A DNA stretch of 25,661 nucleotides from Myxococcota bacterium (GCA_039028615.1 JBCCHT010000076.1:1-25661), one strand, 5' to 3'. Numbered from the stretch's first letter, positions 9,307-18,220 are shown. Notes: a model not told the origin generated them from the letters alone. Made by a program: numbers and translations.

Positions 9307-9719
9307 TCAGCCGCCGGTCGTGGTCGCGTCACCCGTGTCCGAGCCGCCGGCCGTGCCGCTGCTCTCGTCGGTCATCGCGCCACCACCGCTGCTGCTGCTG
9401 CCCGCCATGTCGGTGGTCGTGCCCTCAGCGGACACGCCTCCGTCCGAGGACGAGCTCGAGTCGTCGACCGGGGTCTCGTCGTCGTTGTCGCTGACCTCGT
9501 CGAAGTAGCCCTGGCAGCTGAAGGGCGGGCTATCGACGCAGCCGTTGAGCTCGCGGCGGCATGGTGAGCAATACGGAGCGGCGTTGCCGTACTCCTCCCG
9601 GCAGAACTCGTTGCCGGGCACCGACTGGTTGGCGCAGTTGTCCGCGACCAAGACCTTGCAGCTGGTCCCCGCAAGCAGGGCCAGCACGATTCCGCCGCCG
9701 AGCAGCGAGAGTCGACCGA

Positions 9720-9726
<7 letters not shown>
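9307..9726 (-). CDS. Cys-rich putative lipoprotein with a Ser/Thr/Gly/Asp low-complexity tail
   Basis: ATG 9726 with SD GGAGG (9737-9733), overlapping the upstream stop; signal ...ALLAGTSC; six further Cys; tail [10 protein letters not shown]...[10 protein letters not shown]. Confidence 0.75.
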
Positions 9727-10397
<671 letters not shown>

Positions 10398-10469
10398 GCG
10401 ACTCCAGGAATTACATCATCCGAGCACCCCGAGCCAAACGCTGGGGCGCAGCGGCAACCGGGGGCTCGC

Positions 10470-12176
10470 TCACCCGCCTTCGGTGGCGAGGCGAGCGATG
10501 TCGGACAGCGGCTCGAGGGCGACCCGGGCGGCTGCGCGCGTCAGCGGGGTCTTGGCGACCGTCTGCGCGAGTGCCGGGCTGGCGTAGTAGTAGAAGTCGA
10601 CGAACGCCGAGCCCATCGCATTGGACTCGAGGTAGCGGTCGCGGAACCAACGCAACGCTTGCACTCGGTCGGCCCAGGGAGCCCCCCACGCGGCCGTGGC
10701 TACGAAGCAGAAGCCGTCGACCTGAGCGAATTCCTGAGCCGGGGTTCGGATCGAGTCGGAGGTGATGCTGCTGACGTTGCCGCACTCGTCCTCGTAGGCG
10801 AGTCCGATCTGATAGTCGTGATTGCCGAACAGCTCGGTGACTTCACACCATGCCGGCTCGCCCACCACGAAGGGCCCGCTGCACTGCTCGATGGGGGGAA
10901 TCTGCCGGATGGCGTTGCCCGAGTTCTCGTCGGTCAGCGGCACGTTGCCGACGCGGTAGTACAGCAGCACGTTGCTGATGTCGGCGCCGCCCAGCATCTC
11001 GGGCACCGTGAAGTGCACGCGCACGGTGTCGAAGTCGATCTCTTCGAGCTCGATCGACGGCATCCCGGGCAGCGCCTCGAGGGTGCAGGCGCCCCAGCCG
11101 GTGTCGATGGGCGGCGTCTCGCCCGTGCCCGGGCCGTGGCTGTAGACGCCGAGGCGGAAGGTCTCGTCGTTGAGCGTGTACAGGCGCAGGCGATCGCCAC
11201 CGCTGCCGTTGCTCATGCTGATCGACGCGTCGGGGGAGTGAACCTCGCCGCTGCTGCCGTCGAGCTCACCGTAGCCGGCGTAGGCATCGGTTCCGGTGAA
11301 CTGGGCCAGCTCAGGGTCGAATTCCACGGAGTAGAGCACCGAGGGCTGGCCCAGGTACTCGATCCCGAAGTTCTCCAGCCGTGGGTCGACGTAGTGGTCC
11401 CCCGCTCGCGAGAAGTCCCAGTCGGGGTTTTCGTCGTGCTCGATGTTGACCTCGACCTTCACCACCAAGTTGCCCTGACCGACGAGGTCGGCCGGGATCA
11501 CGGTGGTCACCAGCTCGGGCTGCTCGCCCATGGGGGTGGCGCTGGTGATGGCATCGAGGTCGTTGAGCTCCGACAACATCTGCACGTCCTCGTGGTCGTG
11601 CCCCTCCTCGAAGGTCGTCAGATCGTTGCGCGGCGGATAGATGGAGGTGTCGGTCTCGTGCAGCCGGCCCTTGTCCGACTGGAACGTGGCCGGCGACGGG
11701 CACGTCATCGTGTCCGCGGAAATCGTGTCGTGCTCGGACTGCGACAGCGGCCGACAGTAGAAGGGCTCGGGCGAGCTGGTGTTCTCGTGCCAGCCCAGCG
11801 ACTCGAGGTCCGAGGGATCGTCGTCGTGGAAGATGAGCGCGGGGTAGGTGCGGCCGCGGGCGTGGCCCCAGATCGGCAGCACGCCCGTACGCGGCCCGTA
11901 GGGAAACCGCCAGCTCGACAGGAAGTCCCAGCGACCCGGTCGGTTGCCGATGCCCAGGCTGCCCGTGGCCTGCGTGACCATGACCTCCTGGATGAAGTTG
12001 CCCTCGGCGTCTTCGACCCAGATCGCGATCTGAGCGTTGGAGACCGGCGTGAAGTGGATCTCTACGAGAACGTCGTCTTCATCGGCGGCCTGCGCCTCGG
12101 GGGCGGCCATGGTTCCCCCCGCCAGCACCGCGGCGGCGGCAGCGAGTCGACCTCGTCCAAGCCATGTGCAATCCAC
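10470..12176 (-). CDS. Secreted protein with DUF2271-like N-terminus, FN3-like domain and C-terminal CFI-box-CTERM domain
   Basis: Signal peptide ending AQA; QIAIWVEDAEGNFIQEVMVT; FN3-like VTELFGNHDYQIGLAYEDECGNVS; C-terminal GFCFVATAAWG...LRWFRDRYL....GSAFVDFYYYASPALA. Confidence 0.85.
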   Translation of the reverse strand: MDCTWLGRGRLAAAAAVLAGGTMAAPEAQAADEDDVLVEIHFTPVSNAQIAIWVEDAEGNFIQEVMVTQATGSLGIGNRPGRWDFLSSWRFPYGPRTGVLPIWGHARGRTYPALIFHDDDPSDLESLGWHENTSSPEPFYCRPLSQSEHDTISADTMTCPSPATFQSDKGRLHETDTSIYPPRNDLTTFEEGHDHEDVQMLSELNDLDAITSATPMGEQPELVTTVIPADLVGQGNLVVKVEVNIEHDENPDWDFSRAGDHYVDPRLENFGIEYLGQPSVLYSVEFDPELAQFTGTDAYAGYGELDGSSGEVHSPDASISMSNGSGGDRLRLYTLNDETFRLGVYSHGPGTGETPPIDTGWGACTLEALPGMPSIELEEIDFDTVRVHFTVPEMLGGADISNVLLYYRVGNVPLTDENSGNAIRQIPPIEQCSGPFVVGEPAWCEVTELFGNHDYQIGLAYEDECGNVSSITSDSIRTPAQEFAQVDGFCFVATAAWGAPWADRVQALRWFRDRYLESNAMGSAFVDFYYYASPALAQTVAKTPLTRAAARVALEPLSDIARLATEGG

Positions 12177-12309
12177 GCAGGGAGTCTACCAGAGGCCGGC
12201 CCGCGTGCCCGCCGATGCCCTCTGCGGCCCCACGGACGGGTAGGTGCGACGGATCACGCGGGCGATTTGCCCGCGAGGCTACCCTTGCGTTACCCGAGGG
12301 CAGGGCACG

Positions 12310-13887
12310 ATGACCGGCCGTACTCAGAGCTTTTGCACCAACACTGCGGTGGCGCTTTCGACGCTGCTGGTGGCGTGTGCAGGGCATCGACCCCCGCCCC
12401 GTGGAGCGGCCGCGGTCACCGTGGCGGCCGGCACTCTTCCCTCCGGCCCGGCCGAGCCCGGTCGCGGCTTGCCGATGCCGAGCCTCGACGTGTCTTGGAT
12501 GCCGCCGATGCTCACGGCCGGAGATCTCGAGGGACTGCGAGCGAAACTGCACGGTCACGGGACGGTGTCGCTGCACCTCGGCGAACGCTTCGATGGCCCC
12601 GAGTGGACCTCGCGTCTGGGTGGCTTGCTCAACGCGTTGCGCCCCGAGACGTCCGTCTTGGGTCAGCGACGCGGTCGGCCCTTTACCGGCGTGACGCTTC
12701 CGCTGCGACGACGCGGCGACGACGGGGCGCGTCCCCAGTACGACTGGGAGGGCGCGGCGTTGGCCGACTCCACGGAGGCTTCGGCCGTGTTGGTGCTCGA
12801 CGATGCCTCGGTCGATCCCGCGAGCTGGCGGGCGCTGCCGGCTCATGCGGTGGGCAGCTGCTACGAGCCGATGGCCGCGCTCGCGGCCGGGCAAGAGCAG
12901 TCGCTCGCGGAACTCGAGCCCTTCCTCGATCACGCCGACGCGGTGCTGTGGCAGGTCTACCGCCCCGCGCTGCGCCATGCGGTCACGCGTCTTTCGGCCG
13001 AGCTCGAGCCCTACGAGGCTCCGCGCACGCGCGCCGACTTCAGCGACAACGCGGCGTGGGAGCAGCACGAGTGCGGCCACGCCTATTGGCAGTTCCTGCG
13101 CAGCTATGCCGCGTGCGGTGACGAGGCCGCGAGCTGTCCGTCGGCGCCGCGAGTGTTCCTCATCGGGGGGGCGCGCATCGGTACGGCCGAGCCCAGCGTG
13201 TACGTGCCCGAGGGGTGCGCCGAGATCGTCGGCCGCGACTATGTCGGCGAGCTGCGGGCGGTGGCCAGCGAGACGGCCGAGGTCGCGCAAGAGCACCTCG
13301 CCGCGTCGTGGGTCGACCTGGCCGATCGCCTGGGTGCGGTCACCGAGGTCTACGAAGCGCTCGAGGATGTCTGTACGCCGCGACGACGTCGCTTTGCGCA
13401 ATCCGACATCGATGCGATGCGCGGGCGACTGACGGCCATCGGAGACACGCTGGCGTCCGGGCAGCTCGCGCATCCGGCCGGACGCTGGGAGTTGGTCGAG
13501 GCGCCGTTCCATGTGCCGGGCTTTGGTCCCGTGCAGCAGGTGGCGCACTACGACGCTGGCCCGGGGAGCCCCTCCGAGACGGCGGTGGCCGAGGCCCGGG
13601 CGCTGCGGCAGTTCGTCTTGCAGCGCGCGCTGTGCCGCTCGGGGCGGCCCGCGTTGCCGCTGGCGACCGCAGTGGTCGATGGCGACGACGGCAAGGTGGA
13701 GTTCTTCGGGTACTTTTTCGAAGAGGAGCTGTTCTGCGGCGAGCTGCCGCCGCTGTGGGAAGACGGCAGCAAGGCCCAGGCTCCGGCGACCAAGGCCGTC
13801 GACGCTCCTGCGCCGATCGAGGGCGGGGAGACCGAGGCTCCGGCCATCGATCCCGAACCCGCGCCGCCCGTGCTCGTTCGACCGTAG
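12310..13887 (+). CDS. Hypothetical lipoprotein
   Basis: ATG 12310; AVALSTLLVAC lipobox; 8 further Cys; Pro/Ala-rich tail. No family recognised. Confidence 0.7.
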   Translation: MTGRTQSFCTNTAVALSTLLVACAGHRPPPRGAAAVTVAAGTLPSGPAEPGRGLPMPSLDVSWMPPMLTAGDLEGLRAKLHGHGTVSLHLGERFDGPEWTSRLGGLLNALRPETSVLGQRRGRPFTGVTLPLRRRGDDGARPQYDWEGAALADSTEASAVLVLDDASVDPASWRALPAHAVGSCYEPMAALAAGQEQSLAELEPFLDHADAVLWQVYRPALRHAVTRLSAELEPYEAPRTRADFSDNAAWEQHECGHAYWQFLRSYAACGDEAASCPSAPRVFLIGGARIGTAEPSVYVPEGCAEIVGRDYVGELRAVASETAEVAQEHLAASWVDLADRLGAVTEVYEALEDVCTPRRRRFAQSDIDAMRGRLTAIGDTLASGQLAHPAGRWELVEAPFHVPGFGPVQQVAHYDAGPGSPSETAVAEARALRQFVLQRALCRSGRPALPLATAVVDGDDGKVEFFGYFFEEELFCGELPPLWEDGSKAQAPATKAVDAPAPIEGGETEAPAIDPEPAPPVLVRP

Positions 13888-14063
13888 GTGCGCGCCGCTC
13901 CGGCGGACGGATCGGTTCGATCGTCGTTCCTCGGACGAAAAATGTCGTTCGGGGCGTCAGAAGTTCCGAGGTGATCGGAGAGGGATGGATGTCGCGGGGA
14001 GGCAGGCACCTCGCGACCCGGGGACGGGCGCATTCGTGCTCGGGCCCCACGGTTTCCACTCTG

Positions 14064-14111
14064 GCGTTGGCACGTGATTTTCCGGCTCCACGTGCCAACG
14101 CTTCCTTTTGT
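14064..14111. terminator. 13-bp perfect stem-loop between convergent genes, probable terminator
   Basis: GCGTTGGCACGTG (14064-14076) / CACGTGCCAACGC (14089-14101), followed on plus by TTCCTTTTGT; lies 10 nt past the RING gene stop. Confidence 0.7.
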
Positions 14112-16715
14112 TCAGCCCTCGCGATCGGCCGGGATCAAGTCGGAGGCGGCCATCGTCGGGAAGAGGCCCTCGCGGAACAAGGCATAGATCTCGCTGCCCT
14201 CGGGCAGCTCGATGTCGCCCCGCCGCAGCAGGGCGAGCACGCCTGAGCCCTGCTCGGTCGGGATCGTGGCGGTCCGTTCGTCCGGGGCATCCGAGCCCTC
14301 GATGCGAGCCATGAACGCAGCCGGCGTCTCTTGGTCGTGCCGCACGTAGCCTTCGATCCCCGCATCGCGACGCACCAGCACCCGACGTCCGCGCGCCGCC
14401 GCGTGGCGTAGCCCCAGATCCCACATCGACATGCGGATCCCGCTGCCGAAGTACGCCAGGTGCTCCGGGCAGAGCTTCACGATCGCCGCCTTGGACGTCT
14501 CCACGTTGTTCAGCTCGAACATCCCCTTGGAGTAGGTGTCGAGCCAGTGCAACGTGTTGCGCTCGAGGTCGACGAGCAGCGGCAGGTACACGCCTTTGTC
14601 CCCGGACAGGGCGAACTTCAGTCGTACGGTGCGGGCATCGAAGTGCTTGCCGCCGACGTCCCGGCGCAGCATGAGTCCCGCGAACGCCCGGTCGAGCTGG
14701 TCGAAGCTCATCCCGGCGTAGGCGTTGATCACCATCACCGCGTAGCGCAGGCCGACTTTGCGAGCGAGATCGAGGTGGAGGTCGACGAACTCGCTGGCCC
14801 CGTCGGGGTAGGGCGCGTCTTGGAGGTCGCCCGCACTGACCGCGACCTGGTCGCCACCCGCCTCGAAGCTCAGCTGGTAGTAGGAGCAGACCCCCCGGTA
14901 TCGCCACTCGTGGTCATACAGCGCCACGGAGAGATCGAGGTCGGTCTCGCGTCCGCGCTGGGGCTGACACCAGTGCAGGAACAGCCGCAGGACGTTGCCA
15001 TCGGGGATGTCGAGGCTCGAGCCGCGGGGGAGCTGTACCGCCGACGACGAGGCCGTGCGCTCGTTGAAGGGCACCAGGACACGCCGAAGCTCGCGGTCGA
15101 GGATGACGGTGTCGAACGCAGCGAGTCGGCCGAGTCGAGCGAGCAGCTCGGCGTCGATGGCTTCGACGGCGGGTTCGATCGCCTGCGGGGGCAGGGGCGT
15201 GCGGGTATCGGATCGCGAGACTCCAGCCGTGGTCTTGCCCTTGGGCCAGAAGATGCGAATCGGCGCTGGAGAGGTACGCGTAGGCAGGTAGGTCGCCAGG
15301 GTCAGCAGCATGGGGGTGGACAGCCGCGGCACGAGGCGGGCGAAGGTGTGGGTGATGTGTGCGACCGCCCTTGCGTCGTCACCCGCGGTGCGAACCATGT
15401 GGTCGAAGCGCCGCGCGAATTCCCCGGGCCGCGTCGCGAGCAGCTCGGCCATCGCGGCTGCGTCGCCTCGGGTCACCGCGGCCTCCAGCGTGCCGTAGTA
15501 GGTCTCGAACGCGGGCGCCGGATCGCCCTGCGGCGACTTGCCGCGCACGATCGCGAAGGCCCGGGCGACCTGGGGATAGCGCTTGGCGTACTCGTGCGGG
15601 TGCAGGAACTGACCGACCCACACCCAGTACGAGCGATGGCGCAGCATGTCTTCGGCGAGGCCGTCGGGGGGGAAGCTCTCCAGAACCCCCAGCAGCGCGC
15701 GCCGTAGCTTGCGTGAGAGCTTGGCGACGGCGAAGCGGCGCTTGACGAAGGGCGTGCGGCGGATCTGGACCCACTCGCCGTCGACATGCGCCGAGGCGAG
15801 CTGACCCCGCGGGTCTTCGTCTTCGTCGCCGACTCGCGTCACGCGGTACGTCGGCTCGCCCTGGAGCGCGGGGTCGGCCTCCGAGTAGGCGGCGACGAGT
15901 CGCAGCACGTCGGTGGCGGTCTGCAGGTGAGGCACGACGGTCGGCCACACGGCGGCGAGCTCGAGCTTTCGTAGCAAGGGACCAAAGACGAGCGCGACGT
16001 TCTCCCGCACTGGGATGGTCTCGGGGACCCACGCGATGGCCTTGGTCCCGAATGCATCCACCACGGCCTTCAGGGCGGCCCGGTCGTCGGGCGACAGGGC
16101 CTGCGCTCGCGCGCACAGCTGCTCGAACAGGGGCCGGGCGCTCGCCTCGATGTCTTCACCCAAGTCGATGCGCTGGAACGTGACGGGCTCGTTACCCTTG
16201 CGTTGGTTGGGCGTGGGCTCGAAAAACGGGGAGTCCTGGTCGACATGGCGCTCACACACGGGGCAGGCGCTGTAGTTGCTGCCGTCGAAGCAGTCGTCGC
16301 ACACCACGTGCTGACAGGGCTGCAGCACGTGGGTGGTGCCGACCCGGTCGCAGAACAAGCACGGCTGGTCCGGCGCCTGGGCAAAGTGCACGAGCACCTT
16401 CTTGATCCACAGCTGCAGCGTGTTCTTGGGGACCTTGCTCGGGAACTTTCGAAATAGCGGGACGTGCTCTTGGTTGCCGCCCTTGGCCGCGGCCAGCGTC
16501 TGTGCGATCCACTTTTGTTGCTGGGCGAAGGCGGCGAGGTTGCGCCGAGACAGGCGGTCCCGCAGGCGGCTGGACATGGCGTAGCCCAGCTCGGCCAGCT
16601 CGAGGTCGGCGACACGGAGGTAGCGGTCTTCGAGGGGCTCGGCTCTGGCGGGCAAGAACACCAGGCCCCGCCGCTGCAGCAGGACCGTCCGGAGCGCGAG
16701 GTCCTCGGGGGTCAC
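14112..16715 (-). CDS. MXAN_6230/SCO0854-like protein: prokaryotic C3HC4 RING finger + large helical region + TerD-like C-terminal domain
   Basis: CLFC-x11-CQHVVCDDC-x8-CPVC at aa 119-154; HVPLFRKFP and RPGEFARRFD motifs; TerD-like LRLFLHW...TDLDLSVALYD...SAGDLQDAP..GASEFVDLHL...VINAYAGMSFDQL. Confidence 0.88.
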   Translation of the reverse strand: MTPEDLALRTVLLQRRGLVFLPARAEPLEDRYLRVADLELAELGYAMSSRLRDRLSRRNLAAFAQQQKWIAQTLAAAKGGNQEHVPLFRKFPSKVPKNTLQLWIKKVLVHFAQAPDQPCLFCDRVGTTHVLQPCQHVVCDDCFDGSNYSACPVCERHVDQDSPFFEPTPNQRKGNEPVTFQRIDLGEDIEASARPLFEQLCARAQALSPDDRAALKAVVDAFGTKAIAWVPETIPVRENVALVFGPLLRKLELAAVWPTVVPHLQTATDVLRLVAAYSEADPALQGEPTYRVTRVGDEDEDPRGQLASAHVDGEWVQIRRTPFVKRRFAVAKLSRKLRRALLGVLESFPPDGLAEDMLRHRSYWVWVGQFLHPHEYAKRYPQVARAFAIVRGKSPQGDPAPAFETYYGTLEAAVTRGDAAAMAELLATRPGEFARRFDHMVRTAGDDARAVAHITHTFARLVPRLSTPMLLTLATYLPTRTSPAPIRIFWPKGKTTAGVSRSDTRTPLPPQAIEPAVEAIDAELLARLGRLAAFDTVILDRELRRVLVPFNERTASSSAVQLPRGSSLDIPDGNVLRLFLHWCQPQRGRETDLDLSVALYDHEWRYRGVCSYYQLSFEAGGDQVAVSAGDLQDAPYPDGASEFVDLHLDLARKVGLRYAVMVINAYAGMSFDQLDRAFAGLMLRRDVGGKHFDARTVRLKFALSGDKGVYLPLLVDLERNTLHWLDTYSKGMFELNNVETSKAAIVKLCPEHLAYFGSGIRMSMWDLGLRHAAARGRRVLVRRDAGIEGYVRHDQETPAAFMARIEGSDAPDERTATIPTEQGSGVLALLRRGDIELPEGSEIYALFREGLFPTMAASDLIPADREG

Positions 16716-16764
16716 GTCGATGATGGTCGCACGGACACCGCCGCGGCAGACGACACCGCCTGAA

Positions 16765-16870
16765 CGAGGACAACGGACGAGGGCAAGGGCCCGCCGTCCG
16801 TTGGCAATGAAGGAAATCGACCGAGCTGGGGACCTAGAAAGTTAGAGAAGGAAGCCCGGTCTGAGCCTTC
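16765..16870 (-). ncRNA. Candidate ~100-nt structured RNA (or cis-regulatory leader) upstream of the RING-TerD gene
   Basis: Minus strand: GAAGG-ctca-GACCGGGCT-[tccttctctaactttctaggtcccc]-AGCTCGGTC-gattt-CCTTC, then a 14-bp hairpin (16803-16771). A promoter-like sequence puts +1 at about 16870. No expression data. Confidence 0.55.
16771..16803 (-). terminator. GC-rich hairpin, possible terminator/attenuator
   Basis: CAACGGACGG-c-GGGC-cctt-GCCC-TCGTCCGTTG followed by a weak pyrimidine run TCCTCGTTC. Confidence 0.5.
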
Positions 16871-16876
16871 GCTCCG

Positions 16877-16906
16877 ATCATCTCACGCGCAGGAGCGGAG
16901 CGCCAA
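16877..16906 (-). promoter_or_regulatory. Candidate sigma70-type promoter for the structured RNA
   Basis: TTGGCG (16906-16901), 18 nt, then GATGAT (16882-16877) with an extended-10 TG. Confidence 0.4.
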
Positions 16907-16933
16907 CGGACTGTCTTGGGTCGACGGTGGGCG

Positions 16934-17638
16934 CTACTCGAGCAGCAGCATCCCGCGGCTGAGCTCGCTGCTCGAGTCGGTGGTGTTCATGGCGGCCAGC
17001 AGCCGCTCGCTCGACACGAGCCAAGGCTGATAGTCGGCGTTGACGTCGAGCACGAACACCAGGTCCTCGTCCTCGAGGTAGCCGCCGATGGGAGAGTGGT
17101 GACCGCCGCCTTCCCGGAACAGCGGCCCCCGCAGGAAGTTGATGATGTAGCGGCGCTCGGGGTCGTTGCTGCGGCGCATATGCTCGCGGAACTCGTCGGT
17201 GGAGAGGTCGCGCAGCACGGTGACGGTGCGACCCGTCTTGGCACGCGCAATCTCGGCGAGCTCATCGAGGGTCAAGCCGGGCAGGCACTGCCCGCTCCAG
17301 CAATAACCCGTGCCTTCGAGCACCGTGTCCGGCGTCGCGTCGGCGTCGAGCTTCCAGGAGGTCATCGCATTGGCGACGCTGGTCGGCCCGCAGTACGAGA
17401 CCTTGGGCTGAAACTGCAGGGCCTCGGGGCCATAGGTCGCGGCGACGGGCAGCTGCCACGCGCGTGCGATGAGGGCCTCGTCCTGGTACGCGGGCGTCGA
17501 CTTGATCGACACCACATCGTAGGTCTTGGGCGCGAGCGCGATGCGGGCGTAGAGGAACAGCCCGCCGAGCAACACGATGATCGCCAGCAGGGCGAGGCCC
17601 AGGCGTTTGAGCCATGGGCTGCGAGGCGCGTCGACCAT
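16934..17638 (-). CDS. Phytochelatin synthase family protein (papain-like, peptidase C83), N-terminally anchored/exported
   Basis: FQPKVSYCGPTS (Gln/Cys), GLTLDELA, GGHHSPIGGY (His), VLDVN (Asp), YQPWLVS, SRGMLLL; N-terminal hydrophobic helix. Confidence 0.9.
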   Translation of the reverse strand: MVDAPRSPWLKRLGLALLAIIVLLGGLFLYARIALAPKTYDVVSIKSTPAYQDEALIARAWQLPVAATYGPEALQFQPKVSYCGPTSVANAMTSWKLDADATPDTVLEGTGYCWSGQCLPGLTLDELAEIARAKTGRTVTVLRDLSTDEFREHMRRSNDPERRYIINFLRGPLFREGGGHHSPIGGYLEDEDLVFVLDVNADYQPWLVSSERLLAAMNTTDSSSELSRGMLLLE

Positions 17639-17692
17639 GGAACCACGCTGTCATCGGCCCGTCGCGCGGGTCAATACGCCATACTCTCGGTC

Positions 17693-18214
17693 ATGTCCGA
17701 CGCCGCTCCCGCCAGCCCGTGCATCGTTCGAAGTCGCGCGAAATCGACCGACGATGCGATGCACATCAGCCACCCGCTCAACGATCGCTCGTCGATCTTC
17801 ATGACCCGCTTGAGCGATCCCACCGGGTTGACCCACATCGGCGTCTCGCTCGCCCGCATCCCGCCCGGTCGCGAGAGCTTCTCGATGCATGTGCACACGA
17901 TCCAAGAGGAGTGGATCTTCGTGCTCGAAGGTCAGGGGCACGTGCGGCTGAACGACGAAGACCACCCGATTGGCCCGGGGGACTTCGTGGGCTTTCCTCC
18001 CGGCGGTCCCGCGCACGTGGTCCGCAACACCTCCGACGCGGACCTGGTGTTCCTGCAAGGCGGTGACCGTCGCACGGGCGATCGCGGCCACTTCCCCGAG
18101 CTGGGCATGGTGGGCTACCAGGACGACGAGGGGCACATGGCGTTCATCGACGCCGAACACGTGAAGCGCTTGCCCTTCACCGCGTGGATGGTCGCGGCGC
18201 AGAAGCAGTCGTAG
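17693..18214 (+). CDS. Cupin domain protein
   Basis: PPGRESFSMHVHTIQEEWIFVLEGQG and GDFVGFPPGGPAHVVRNTS metal-binding motifs. Start is ATG 17693; the ORF-track extension overlaps the PCS gene. Confidence 0.9.
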   Translation: MSDAAPASPCIVRSRAKSTDDAMHISHPLNDRSSIFMTRLSDPTGLTHIGVSLARIPPGRESFSMHVHTIQEEWIFVLEGQGHVRLNDEDHPIGPGDFVGFPPGGPAHVVRNTSDADLVFLQGGDRRTGDRGHFPELGMVGYQDDEGHMAFIDAEHVKRLPFTAWMVAAQKQS

Positions 18215-18220
18215 CCGGGC

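Noticed and set aside
14068..14082. Sigma54-like TGGCAC-N5-TTTC
   Set aside because: The -12 element lacks the conserved GC, the sequence is an arm of a terminator-like hairpin, and it would point antisense into the RING gene.
16712..16756. Short uORF (VSSAAAVSVRPSST*) whose TGA overlaps the RING GTG
   Set aside because: No SD and no distinctive codon content; likely chance, though translational coupling cannot be excluded.
16765..16911. tRNA or known riboswitch identity for the structured element
   Set aside because: No cloverleaf, T-loop or CCA, and no aptamer consensus I can recognise; kept as an unassigned RNA candidate.
16916..17692. N-terminal extension of the cupin ORF (432 aa in the track)
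   Set aside because: Overlaps the well-supported PCS-like gene on the opposite strand; cupin similarity starts after ATG 17693.
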